DNA from: an uncultured Clostridia bacterium | Lineage (GTDB): Bacteria > Bacillota > Clostridia > TANB77 > CAG-508 | Assembly: GCA_949045875.1 (NCBI GenBank) | Contig: CARPYP010000010.1 | Location: forward strand, 1,156-65,155 | DNA: 64,000 nt | Direction of reading: 5' to 3' | Shown here: positions 11,115 through 19,763 of the stretch, piece after piece | Layout of the letters: each line of letters starts with the position of its first letter | How positions within the stretch are numbered: position 1 is the first letter of the stretch | Made by a program: the position numbers and the translations under genes | Notes under the pieces: model-generated | The model's database searches: none | Seen by the model: only the letters and a program-made list of their open reading frames with translations | What the model was told of the DNA's origin: nothing

Positions 11115-11475
11115 AACCGTTCCTTTCTCGTAAATCGGTGGCTATTTTTATAGCATTGTTTACAACTTCTACATATTTTTCTGGTAGTATATCTATTCGG
11201 TGTAATAATCTCTTTTTGTCTATTACTTTAATTTGTTCAGCCATTATTGTAGCCTCATACTTCATTTTACCAAATTTATTTATTCTTATATGGGTAGGAA
11301 TAGCAAATTGATTCTCTATTCTTTTAGTCATAGGAATAATTATTGTGGTTGTGCTATATTTGTTTCCTATATTATTTTGAATGATTAAAACAGGTCTTAT
11401 TCCCCTCTCCTCACTTCCTACTGTATTTCCTAAATTAGCAAGATATATTTCATTTCTTCTAATTTTATTTATCAT
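11098..11475 (-). CDS. mazF: MazF/PemK-family mRNA interferase toxin
   Basis: 125 aa. RNEIYLANLGNTVGSEERGIRPVLIIQNNIGNKYSTTTIIIPMT matches the MazF/PemK signature. Confidence 0.8.
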   Translation of the reverse strand: MINKIRRNEIYLANLGNTVGSEERGIRPVLIIQNNIGNKYSTTTIIIPMTKRIENQFAIPTHIRINKFGKMKYEATIMAEQIKVIDKKRLLHRIDILPEKYVEVVNNAIKIATDLRERNGYGNCE

Positions 11476-11632
11476 TGTTTTGCCTCCTGCAATTATTTTT
11501 TACTTGTTCCATCTGTTCTATATCTTCCATTTCTATTTCTTCAGCTGTTTTGCATTTACTTGCACCTAACAGTAATAAATACATAAAAATAGCAATTATA
11601 AACATATCTATTAGTAAAATTCTTAATATCAT
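11465..11632 (-). CDS. Small hydrophobic ORF overlapping the mazF start (putative cognate partner)
   Basis: 55 aa, MILRILLIDMFIIAIFMYLLLLGASKCKTAEEIEMEDIEQMEQVKNNCRRQNNDK. Its stop overlaps the mazF ATG, and an AGGAGG lies inside its 3' end. It is not MazE-like. Confidence 0.3.
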   Translation of the reverse strand: MILRILLIDMFIIAIFMYLLLLGASKCKTAEEIEMEDIEQMEQVKNNCRRQNNDK

Positions 11633-11661
11633 TGTTTGGTTTTCCTTTCTCGTATGTTAAA

Positions 11662-11735
11662 AAGAACTCTAAAATGTTTTGGAGGTATATTGATATTGCA
11701 TACCTTAATTTTAGAGTTCTTTTTGTTTATTTATT
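11662..11735. terminator. 14-bp perfect stem AAGAACTCTAAAAT/ATTTTAGAGTTCTT with a 32-nt loop, followed by a T run
   Basis: Read directly. It separates the mazF operon from the upstream sigma operon. Confidence 0.4.
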
Positions 11736-12111
11736 TTTATACCTTTATCATCATTCATTAGACAGATATTTTGCATATATCTTCATAGGTGTATTCGGCA
11801 TACCCCACCTGTATACAGGCTTGTCCTCAATGCGTGGGACGGTTTTTTCTCGCTCGTGCTATGACTGGACAAAAGTTTCTTTCCTTTTACACTCATCTTC
11901 GCCTTATTAGTTGCAAACTAATATTTAAGTAATATAAATATTACTAGCTCAAGTAATCAAAGGACTGTATCTAACGAATTGTTATTCACTTTTCAATGTG
12001 CTTTTTTACTCTCTTTTTAAGAAAAACAAGTAAGAGATTTTACCCTCTCATCTATAACAGCGATTGAAAAATGAAAAATAGGACATTTTCCTAAAATTTT
12101 TTTTATTTTTT

Positions 12112-12324
12112 TTATTTTGCTAATTTTTCTGCAAAATCTTTGTCTTTTATAATTCTTACTGCGTACTCAATTAAATAGCTTTTTAGCTCTTGATCTACTT
12201 CCTTATTTTCATTTTTAGAATATTTATCTATTAGAGGCATTATTTTATCTATTACAAAAATCAATGACACCTCATCTGTTCTAGCCTTTACTAATAATTT
12301 ATAAAATTTTGTTTTATTCTTCAT
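12112..12324 (-). CDS. Small helix-turn-helix protein paired with the sigma factor (Tn916 orf8-like position)
   Basis: 70 aa. It overlaps the upstream sigma gene by 11 nt. Confidence 0.45.
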   Translation of the reverse strand: MKNKTKFYKLLVKARTDEVSLIFVIDKIMPLIDKYSKNENKEVDQELKSYLIEYAVRIIKDKDFAEKLAK

Positions 12325-12751
12325 TCTTTACCTCCAAATAATTTCTTAATTTTTCAATAGCTCTATCTTTTAATTTTCTTACTGCACTCTCATCTTTGTT
12401 CATATCTTTTGCTATTTCTTTCAATTTCTTATTTTTGTAGTAATACTGTATGATTACCTTTCTCTGTTTTTCAGTTAGTTTCCTCATTGCTTTTGATAGT
12501 TGTTCATTTTTACAGTTTTTTTCACTCAAAAAGGAATAATCAAAATTGTCTGTATTATACAAATTTTCCCATTCCTCATTAGACATAGATATTTCTTTAT
12601 CTAGTAAATATTTCTTGTGTTTTAAATAATCAATTCTTTTATGTAATAAAGCTGTTCTTATATAACTTATATATCTAGCAAATACAATATCGTTTTTAAA
12701 TTCTATGTTTTCTTTAAATATATCTCTTTTTTCTTTCATCATTTCCTCCAT
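12314..12751 (-). CDS. Sigma-70 family (ECF-like, regions 2 and 4) RNA polymerase sigma factor of a conjugative element
   Basis: 145 aa. The C-terminal region-4 HTH (LTEKQRKVIIQYYYKNKKLKEIAKDMNKDESAVRKLKDRAIEKLR) is typical. Confidence 0.7.
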   Translation of the reverse strand: MEEMMKEKRDIFKENIEFKNDIVFARYISYIRTALLHKRIDYLKHKKYLLDKEISMSNEEWENLYNTDNFDYSFLSEKNCKNEQLSKAMRKLTEKQRKVIIQYYYKNKKLKEIAKDMNKDESAVRKLKDRAIEKLRNYLEVKNEE

Positions 12752-13201
12752 TCAATTTTGTTTTTTATTGAATGAAGGTGGACTATGACAGCCACAATTA
12801 AAAAGAAGAATAATTTTTATATGTAATATAAAAAAGAAGTCAAAATTACTCCCTGTAAATTTGACTTCTTTTTTTATGTAATTATTTAAAAAAACTTCTT
12901 CCTCTGTTTCCACTACCCATACTCCTTGCATAGCGTAGAGTATGTACTTTGAAATTATAGTAATAAGCAATAGAACAACACTACGCTAAAATATAATCTC
13001 GTTTCTCTTTTCTTTAGATAATCTGGTATTTAGGTAGCACATTTATTTGGATTATCTTTTAAAAATAACAAAAAACAAATATTATTTTTTTATAACTTGC
13101 TTTTTGAATCTATCTTTAATTTACAATCCGTTTTATCTCCTTCCCTTTTATACTATCTTTTGTGCTTATATTTCTTATATTAGCACTTTTTATTTTAAAA
13201 G

Positions 13202-13216
13202 TTTGTCGAAATGTGT
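13202..13216. promoter_or_regulatory. 15-nt motif TTTGTCGAAATGTGT (contains a Spo0A-box TGTCGAA), copy 1, upstream of the XRE gene at 13376
   Basis: Exact 15-mer repeated at 14492..14506. Read directly. Confidence 0.45.
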
Positions 13217-13295
13217 AATATAGTAAATATTTTTTACAAAAATTCCCATTTTATTTTGTATATTTACATTTTCTAATTTTTATAAATTGTTTTTA

Positions 13296-13310
13296 GCACG
13301 ATATTCGTGC
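13296..13310. promoter_or_regulatory. Operator palindrome GCACGATATTCGTGC, copy 1, in the XRE promoter region
   Basis: Perfect 15-bp palindrome, ~65 nt upstream of the ATG at 13376 and just upstream of a TATAAT-like box. Confidence 0.55.
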
Positions 13311-13375
13311 AAGGAAATGATTTTTTTATAATAAAATTGGGAAAAATGTATATAGAATGAAAGGAATGATGGTAT

Positions 13376-13633
13376 ATGAGAGCCAAAAGACTTAATTCAA
13401 AATCTAATATTATTGGCAAAAATGTAAAAAAATATAGAACTGCCAATAAATATACCCAAGAAGAATTATGCCAAAAGCTAGACTTGTTTGGTTTGAACTT
13501 ATATCATTCTGATATTTATCTTATTGAATATAATAAAAGAATTGTTAGAGATTATGAAGCTCTTGCTTTTGCTAAAGTCTTTAATATAAGTTTAGACGAA
13601 CTTTATTCTGGAACAGAAAAAGAACTTGAATAA
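13376..13633 (+). CDS. XRE-family HTH transcriptional regulator
   Basis: 85 aa. The HTH_3 region (YRTANKYTQEELCQKLDL) is present and the RBS is GGAATGATGG. Confidence 0.8.
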   Translation: MRAKRLNSKSNIIGKNVKKYRTANKYTQEELCQKLDLFGLNLYHSDIYLIEYNKRIVRDYEALAFAKVFNISLDELYSGTEKELE

Positions 13634-13637
13634 AAAA

Positions 13638-13668
13638 TTAAATCCAGTTTTCTCTGGATTTTTTATTA
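13638..13668. terminator. Bidirectional terminator hairpin AAATCCAG-TTTTCTC-CTGGATTT with flanking T/A runs
   Basis: Lies between the convergent genes at 13376..13633 (+) and 13666..14139 (-). Confidence 0.5.
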
Positions 13669-14139
13669 TTTTTTGAAAAAATTTACTATTTTCTTTAAAA
13701 CATTACTTTCTTCAGTTAGTTTACTCTCAATTGTTTCTTCTCTACTTTCTATTTCTGTAATTGATTCAATTTCATTAACTAACTTTTCTATATCTACTGG
13801 TTTATTATAGATATTTTTTACAGGCAAAGAATATAGTTTTTTCATTATATCTATACTTGCACCACCAGTAATAACAATAAACTCTGGTATCTTCTCAAAA
13901 TCTTTTACAATTTCTATAACTTCTATCCCTGTTTTTTTAGGCATTTCTATATCAGTGATTACAACATCTGGAGCAAATTGCATTATATGTTTCAATTCTT
14001 TTTCTCCGTCATTTGCAATTCCAACTACCTCTAGTTTATCACTTTCTTTTAATCCTTTTACAATATGTTCTAGTAAAACTTCGTTGTCATCTGCTACAAC
14101 TATTCTTATCATAGTTTTTCCCACCTTTCTTGATTGCAC
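13666..14139 (-). CDS. Stand-alone CheY-superfamily receiver protein resembling the Spo0A N-terminal receiver domain, with no output domain
   Basis: 157 aa. IRIVVADDNEVLLEHIVKGL...EVVGIANDGEKELKHIMQFAPDVVITDIEMPKKTGIEVIE...NKPVDIEKL parallels the Spo0A receiver (VADDN, phospho-Asp in VITDIEMP, KP). The C-terminal 40 aa are acidic and low-complexity. Confidence 0.75.
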   Translation of the reverse strand: MQSRKVGKTMIRIVVADDNEVLLEHIVKGLKESDKLEVVGIANDGEKELKHIMQFAPDVVITDIEMPKKTGIEVIEIVKDFEKIPEFIVITGGASIDIMKKLYSLPVKNIYNKPVDIEKLVNEIESITEIESREETIESKLTEESNVLKKIVNFFKK

Positions 14140-14153
14140 GATATTCGTGCAAT
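14133..14153. promoter_or_regulatory. Operator palindrome ATTGCACGATATTCGTGCAAT, copy 2, overlapping the -10/+1 region of the receiver/AbrB operon
   Basis: 21-bp perfect palindrome. On the minus strand TATAAT abuts it, and it lies ~20 nt upstream of the RBS AAGGTGGG. Confidence 0.55.
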
Positions 14154-14172
14154 TATAAATAAAAAAAATAAT

Positions 14173-14421
14173 TTACTTTGCTAATTTAGATATTTTTCCT
14201 ATACATTTATCACACACTAATTGTCCTTCAATTTTTGTTTGCACTTTTTTACTATTACAAAATACACAGTTTTCTAAATATTTTCTTAATATTATTTTTT
14301 CTCCGTCTACAAATATTTCTAAAGGATCTTGCTCACAAATTTTAAATTGACTTCTAATTTCTTTAGGAATTGTTATTCTTCCTAAATCATCAACTTTTCT
14401 TGTAATTCCTGTACTTTTCAT
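14173..14421 (-). CDS. AbrB/SpoVT-family transition-state regulator paralog with a Cys-rich C-terminus
   Basis: 82 aa. The N-terminal swapped-hairpin MKSTGITRKVDDLGRITIPKEIRSQFKI..DPLEIFVDGEKIILRKY closely parallels AbrB. The C-terminus carries CxxC...CxxC. Confidence 0.8.
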   Translation of the reverse strand: MKSTGITRKVDDLGRITIPKEIRSQFKICEQDPLEIFVDGEKIILRKYLENCVFCNSKKVQTKIEGQLVCDKCIGKISKLAK

Positions 14422-14458
14422 CTAATTATTCTCCTATCTTTATAAACTTTTTTCGTTC

Positions 14459-14506
14459 TTCGACATATTATACCATATCCTCTTTTATCTTTTTGTCGAA
14501 ATGTGT
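14459..14506. promoter_or_regulatory. Upstream region of the AbrB-like gene carrying an inverted (TTCGACA, 14459..14465) and a direct (TGTCGAA, 14494..14500) Spo0A-box, the latter inside the second 15-mer copy
   Basis: Read directly. The arrangement resembles the 0A boxes at B. subtilis abrB. Confidence 0.4.
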
Positions 14507-14662
14507 CATAAAAATAAAAAAACTTCACTCAAGTAAACTATTCTAAATTTTAACATACAAATTACTTTACTGCAATAAATTACTTCGCAAAAGTAAAGTT
14601 TTTTAAAAAACCTTTACTCGAGTAAATTATATTATGCTTGTATCTTGTTATAATTTTTTTGG

Positions 14663-14908
14663 GTGAGAAAAATGAAATTATCAGACGCTATAAGAAAAAG
14701 AATACAAAAATTATTAAAAGAAAAAAATATGAAACTGTGGAATTTATATAAAAGAACTGGTATACCTATGTCTACTCTTTCTACTTTTATGAATGCCAAA
14801 AGAGAATTACTTACTTTAAAAACATTATTACACATTTGTGAAGGCTTTGAAATTAGCCTATCAGAATTTTTCCACGATCCTTTATTTGATGATGTAGAAC
14901 AGGATTAA
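14663..14908 (+). CDS. XRE-family HTH transcriptional regulator
   Basis: 81 aa. The HTH is present. Upstream there are inverted repeats ACTTTAC...GTAAAGT (14564..14599) and direct repeats CTCAAGTAAA/CTCGAGTAAA. The start may be the internal Met at 14672. Confidence 0.7.
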   Translation: MRKMKLSDAIRKRIQKLLKEKNMKLWNLYKRTGIPMSTLSTFMNAKRELLTLKTLLHICEGFEISLSEFFHDPLFDDVEQD

Positions 14909-14909
14909 A

Positions 14910-14955
14910 AATAAAAACAATAGTTAAGAAATACTATTGTTTTTATTGTTTTTAT
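14910..14955 (+). terminator. Hairpin AAAAACAATAGT-TAAGAAAT-ACTATTGTTTTT followed by a T run
   Basis: Read directly. Confidence 0.55.
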
Positions 14956-14988
14956 TTTAACTATTAAATTGTAATTTTTTGCTATATT

Positions 14989-15411
14989 TTACTTTTCAAC
15001 ATCTTTAAGAAAAAATCTCAAAGACATAGTTGTTATAGCAAGTTTGTATTTATCTTCAACAGAAATTTTACTTTTCTTTGATGATAGAAATTTGTCTATT
15101 TCTTTTATATCTACTCCTGACATTTTTGAAATTGTCTTTTTTGATATATTATGATAAGACAATAATACTTTTAGAAAAGCATCTAATTTAACATCTTTTT
15201 CATCTATGGCACTACAATAAAGAAAACTTATTTTATTAAATAGATTAAATCTATATTCATTATCGTTTGGTAAAAAACTTATATTTCCATCAACTAATTG
15301 ATTTATCTGATTCTTATCTAATTCTAAATATTTAGATAATGTTTCTACATTAAAATCATAATCTTTAATTAAATTCTTTAATTGTTCTGTTATATCAATA
15401 TCTCTATCCAC
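14989..15411 (-). CDS. Hypothetical protein with a C-terminal HTH-like segment
   Basis: 140-aa ORF. Confidence 0.4.
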   Translation of the reverse strand: MDRDIDITEQLKNLIKDYDFNVETLSKYLELDKNQINQLVDGNISFLPNDNEYRFNLFNKISFLYCSAIDEKDVKLDAFLKVLLSYHNISKKTISKMSGVDIKEIDKFLSSKKSKISVEDKYKLAITTMSLRFFLKDVEK

Positions 15412-15443
15412 TTTTAACTCCTTATAAAATTGTAATTTGTATG

Positions 15444-16094
15444 TTACTTAACAACTTTCTCTATCCTAGTATATTCATCTTCAGTTACCTGATAAATACC
15501 ATTATAAGGTTGCTCAATATAATATTGATTGTCTTTTTTATAAATATAAGCTGATTTGTAATTTCCAGAATCATTTTTAAATTTGACAAAATATAATATA
15601 TCAGGGTTAACTGGAATATCATTTACACTTTCTATATGAGTTTTTTTATCTGCAAAAACCTCATAAATTTCTTCTATTGATTCTTCATCGTTGAACTCTT
15701 TTTCATTATCATATTGAGCTAAAGTATCTATTGTTATACTTGATATTTCTTTTAACTCAAATAAATTAATTACATATTCCTTATTTTTATTTAATTCTTC
15801 TTCAAATTCTTTTTCATATTTTTTCATTTCTTCTTCAAAGTCATTATAATCCATAAACCAAGTACCAATTTTAATGTCATCAAATCCTGCTAATGTATGA
15901 AAATCAATTACCTTATATCCTAAGCCAAAGTATTCTATTGTTCCTCCATCATTTATAATTCCTGCTGGATTTTGTATGCAGAAAATAGGTTTTTCTTGTT
16001 TTTGTACTCTAACATAATCTACTGCAAAAAATATTATTCCTAAAATAATTATAACTCCTAAAATAACTCCAATTACTTTTAAATATTTTTTCAT
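15444..16094 (-). CDS. Membrane-anchored hypothetical protein (cargo)
   Basis: The start is set at MKKYLKV, which has an RBS. It has an N-terminal TM segment. The longer ORF runs to 16211. Confidence 0.4.
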   Translation of the reverse strand: MKKYLKVIGVILGVIIILGIIFFAVDYVRVQKQEKPIFCIQNPAGIINDGGTIEYFGLGYKVIDFHTLAGFDDIKIGTWFMDYNDFEEEMKKYEKEFEEELNKNKEYVINLFELKEISSITIDTLAQYDNEKEFNDEESIEEIYEVFADKKTHIESVNDIPVNPDILYFVKFKNDSGNYKSAYIYKKDNQYYIEQPYNGIYQVTEDEYTRIEKVVK

Positions 16095-16265
16095 AACAAC
16101 CACCAGTTTACCTTTCCTTTTATAAATTAACCTCAACAAAAAATTACTATATTTTATTATGCTTATATTATCATAAATTGGAATACTTATCAATATAACT
16201 ATTCCCATCAAAATTTGTGTGTTAAATAAGGAACAGATATAAAATACCTGTTCCTTAATATTTCT

Positions 16266-16934
16266 CTACTCATTTTCTTTTAATGTATATTGACTAATAT
16301 CTGGTTCTGTAAAGACAGAATCATCTACCGTATTAAATTCATATTCTCTTTCATTTACTATATCTGCTTCTGTTGATTTTACAAATAGTCCTGTTTCTTT
16401 ATCTATATATGTTTCTGCACCTTCAGAAGTTAAAGATATTGATGACATAAATTCTTTTACAATATAGCATTCTTTTCCATTATAATCAACTGATTTTATT
16501 TTTGCATTTATGCATCCTAGAATTGTTTGCCACTTACTATCACTTTCTAAATGATTATAAATACCAACAGACATTATTGTTCCACTATTGAGTTGTGCAA
16601 TTTTTGAATCTTTTGTTTCTGTAAAAGTATCTGTTCTTTCTCCATTATTATACATTGATATTTTTGTTATTTCATTATTTACATTTCGTTCCATAAAAAC
16701 AACTTGCTTACCATCTTTTTTATAATAGTCCATTTTTACAATAGTTCCATTATTTTCAGTTGCAACTGATTTTATATGATAATTTGTGCTACCATTGTAT
16801 TCTGCAATCTTATTTTGCAAATCTGTAACAATTACATAATTTCTAATTGTATGAATAATAAGAATTACAAGCAAAATAGCAATCACTATTAAGGCTATTT
16901 TTAATACATTTTTTATTATTTTTTTCTTTTCCAT
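16266..16934 (-). CDS. Membrane-anchored hypothetical protein (cargo)
   Basis: The start is set at MEKKKIIK, which has the RBS AGAGGAGG. It has one N-terminal TM segment. Confidence 0.4.
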   Translation of the reverse strand: MEKKKIIKNVLKIALIVIAILLVILIIHTIRNYVIVTDLQNKIAEYNGSTNYHIKSVATENNGTIVKMDYYKKDGKQVVFMERNVNNEITKISMYNNGERTDTFTETKDSKIAQLNSGTIMSVGIYNHLESDSKWQTILGCINAKIKSVDYNGKECYIVKEFMSSISLTSEGAETYIDKETGLFVKSTEADIVNEREYEFNTVDDSVFTEPDISQYTLKENE

Positions 16935-17084
16935 ATATATTACCTCCTCTTTAGTGCAACCTAGCAATCATAAGCATTACTGCTTTTAGACCTATGGCTT
17001 TGCGTCATAAACTTTCGTTTATTTTGCTTTTTTACAATAATCTAACTATATTATAACATATTTGCTTATTTTTAGCAAATTTAT

Positions 17085-17822
17085 TCATTTTACAATATTT
17101 TTAAATATCTCTTTGGCATTCTTACTAGCCTCTTCTTTAGTTATTCCTTCTTGTTGATAAGGATAAATTATATAATCTCCTTTTTTTAGATAAATTCTCC
17201 AACTAGCAGAAAAATTTTTTCCACAGTAACTTACAAAATCATTTATATTTTTCATTGCCTTATCTAAATCCTCATAAGTATTTATTTTGATATATGTATC
17301 ATATTCCAAAATATCACCTGTTCTATTTTCATTTACTACAAAATTGCTTTTGGATTCATTTTCCCATTTATCAAAATAATATTTATGACAATTATCCATA
17401 TAATCTTCACTTAAATTTCCAAATCTTCTTATCGCTGTAAATTGAATTTCATTATTATCTGACATTTTAAAAGTATATCTGCCATTTTCTTTTTCATCTA
17501 TATCTTTATTTACTAAATCAATCTTTGTATTATACATACTTTCTATTGTCTTTTCTGGATTTACATTTGTTTTTGAATTAATGTTAGAAATAATAAGGTC
17601 AAAAATCAAAATAACAATTGCAATAACTATTATAGCAGTAATAATACCTCCGATTTTAATTGTTTTTCCTGCTATTTTCATTCCTTTTACCACAGTATTT
17701 ACACCCTTGTGTTCTTTATCTTTCTGTATTTCAGAAAAGTCTAATCTAAATTTTTCCTTTTGTTCTTGTTTCCTACTTTCTTCCCACTTTTCTAATTCTT
17801 CCCAATCTTCTTTGTTTCCCAT
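17085..17822 (-). CDS. Membrane-anchored hypothetical protein (cargo)
   Basis: The start is set at MGNKEDWEE, which has the RBS AGGAG. It has one TM segment. Confidence 0.4.
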   Translation of the reverse strand: MGNKEDWEELEKWEESRKQEQKEKFRLDFSEIQKDKEHKGVNTVVKGMKIAGKTIKIGGIITAIIVIAIVILIFDLIISNINSKTNVNPEKTIESMYNTKIDLVNKDIDEKENGRYTFKMSDNNEIQFTAIRRFGNLSEDYMDNCHKYYFDKWENESKSNFVVNENRTGDILEYDTYIKINTYEDLDKAMKNINDFVSYCGKNFSASWRIYLKKGDYIIYPYQQEGITKEEASKNAKEIFKNIVK

Positions 17823-17856
17823 ATTATATCTCCTAATCATCTTTACAAATTGTAAT

Positions 17857-18720
17857 TTATCTTTCATCTAAAAACTTGGTATTTGTTCTATTTCTTTCTT
17901 CTAATTGTCTTTGTTCATTTTCAGATTTTGTTTTAGTATTATCAAATGATTTGCTTTTCAAGTTTCTATTTCTATTTCTATTAGCAATAAGCTCGTTAAT
18001 TGCCATAACATATTGTTGTGGATTATTTATGCTAAAATCTCCATGATAATAATTAGGTAACACTTCAATTCTGCTTCCATTTATCTTTTTATGAATTATA
18101 CTTGCTGATTTTTTCATTATTGGTCTTTCTTTATCTCCTACAACTACTAAAACTTTCGATTTTGTGCTTGATAAAGAATCTTTAATTTCATATTTTGAGT
18201 TTGCTTCCATAAAAGCAATCATATCTTCCTTACTAATTTTACAAGTATCTCTATAATATTCACTAAATAAATCTTCTCTTATTTTTAAAGACTTAAATTG
18301 CATTTGTGAAAACCATTTCTTTGATATTAGCCCATAACTCATAGAAAAAGCTGGTCTAATCATTTTATATGTTGCTTTCATAGGAATTGCTAATGCACTC
18401 TCAATAATAGCACAATCACAAATATCATTTTTCCTTGATAAAATTTCTAAAAGAATCTGTCCTCCTAATGATAATCCTCCCATTAAGCGAATATGACCAT
18501 TATAATTATTAGTTATATAATCTATAATTTCTTGTGCATTATCTTCTATGCTTGTAAAACTTCTATCACTATCTGAATGTCCATCTAATATTGGAATAAC
18601 AATATGATAACTTTCTTGTAATTTTTCTGCTTCTTCTCTATAATTCCACCAAGAAAGACCACCACCATGTAATAACATTATTGTATCTTTATTATTATCT
18701 CCATATTCTTTAAAGTTCAT
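17857..18720 (-). CDS. Alpha/beta-fold hydrolase
   Basis: 287 aa. It has an HGGG oxyanion motif and a nucleophile elbow GGLSLGG. Confidence 0.7.
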   Translation of the reverse strand: MNFKEYGDNNKDTIMLLHGGGLSWWNYREEAEKLQESYHIVIPILDGHSDSDRSFTSIEDNAQEIIDYITNNYNGHIRLMGGLSLGGQILLEILSRKNDICDCAIIESALAIPMKATYKMIRPAFSMSYGLISKKWFSQMQFKSLKIREDLFSEYYRDTCKISKEDMIAFMEANSKYEIKDSLSSTKSKVLVVVGDKERPIMKKSASIIHKKINGSRIEVLPNYYHGDFSINNPQQYVMAINELIANRNRNRNLKSKSFDNTKTKSENEQRQLEERNRTNTKFLDER

Positions 18721-18761
18721 TTATTATTCCCCCATTCCTAGTGATATATTGTAATTTGTTT

Positions 18762-19280
18762 CTATCTATCTTTTATATAATTTAATATTTTAGTTGTTAA
18801 TGGCTTGAATATTAAAAATATTATATATCCAATAATTCCACCTAATACATTAGTTATTAAATCAGTTATATCTGATGACCTAGTACCATTTATTAAAGGT
18901 TGTAATAACTCTATACCTAAACTTAATAGAAAAGTATAGAAAACAATTTTTAATAGGCTAGTATTTCCCTTTTTTACTAAAGGCATTAAAAATCCAAAAG
19001 GAATTGTCATTATAATATTTAAACCTATCTGTCTAGCAAAATCTCCTCTGCCAAAAGTAACATCAATAAAAGGTACTAAATTCATTGGAGTATATGGGTG
19101 ATTAAATATAAATGGCAAAGATGTTATTATTGGCATTAAAGTAAAATATAATACAAAAGATAAGTATATATACATTGTAGTATTTACTAACAATACATCT
19201 CTACCTTTTTCTTTCCATTTTTTATAAAATTTCCAAAAATATATTATTATTAAAAATATAAAATCCACTAACTCTTTCAT
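18762..19280 (-). CDS. VanZ-family membrane protein
   Basis: 172 aa with the VanZ-like TM topology and conserved LIPF../GIELLQ-type segments. Confidence 0.7.
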   Translation of the reverse strand: MKELVDFIFLIIIYFWKFYKKWKEKGRDVLLVNTTMYIYLSFVLYFTLMPIITSLPFIFNHPYTPMNLVPFIDVTFGRGDFARQIGLNIIMTIPFGFLMPLVKKGNTSLLKIVFYTFLLSLGIELLQPLINGTRSSDITDLITNVLGGIIGYIIFLIFKPLTTKILNYIKDR

Positions 19281-19371
19281 ATTGCTTTCTCCCCGATAAA
19301 TTACTATTTGTATTTCAATTATATCATAAATTGAAATCGCTTTTCAATTTAATATTACTATCTTTTAAAAA

Positions 19372-19731
19372 TTACGCACATTTAAAAGCTAAATTTACTA
19401 CTTCACTTTTCATTAAATTTATACATTGAGATATTACTTCATTTATATTACTCAAAAAAAGAAATTTCGCTTTTAGTGTTGGCATTTTTATTACTCGTAT
19501 AATAGCAAAAAAGACTATTCTTTTACAATTTACATTGTATTCATTAGATATTCTTGTAAAACATTGTTCTAATGAATAATGTTTCTCTATTATATTGCCT
19601 ATTATTTCTGTAAAAATAGCTTTTTCAAAATCATTAAATTGTGCATAATGTTTCAAGTAATCTTTGGCAATACTTCTATAATGATCATCTAATTTTCCAT
19701 CTATTTTATCTATTATTTCCTTTTTCTTCAT
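19372..19731 (-). CDS. Hypothetical protein
   Basis: 119-aa ORF. Confidence 0.4.
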   Translation of the reverse strand: MKKKEIIDKIDGKLDDHYRSIAKDYLKHYAQFNDFEKAIFTEIIGNIIEKHYSLEQCFTRISNEYNVNCKRIVFFAIIRVIKMPTLKAKFLFLSNINEVISQCINLMKSEVVNLAFKCA

Positions 19732-19763
19732 TTGTTCCTCCTATATTAGTTTTAATTGACATA

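Noticed and set aside
12752-12970. 72-aa minus-strand ORF upstream of the sigma gene
   Set aside because: No RBS, odd composition, and it overlaps a hairpin/terminator-like region (AAGAAGTCAAA...TTTGACTTCTT). It is most likely non-coding leader sequence.
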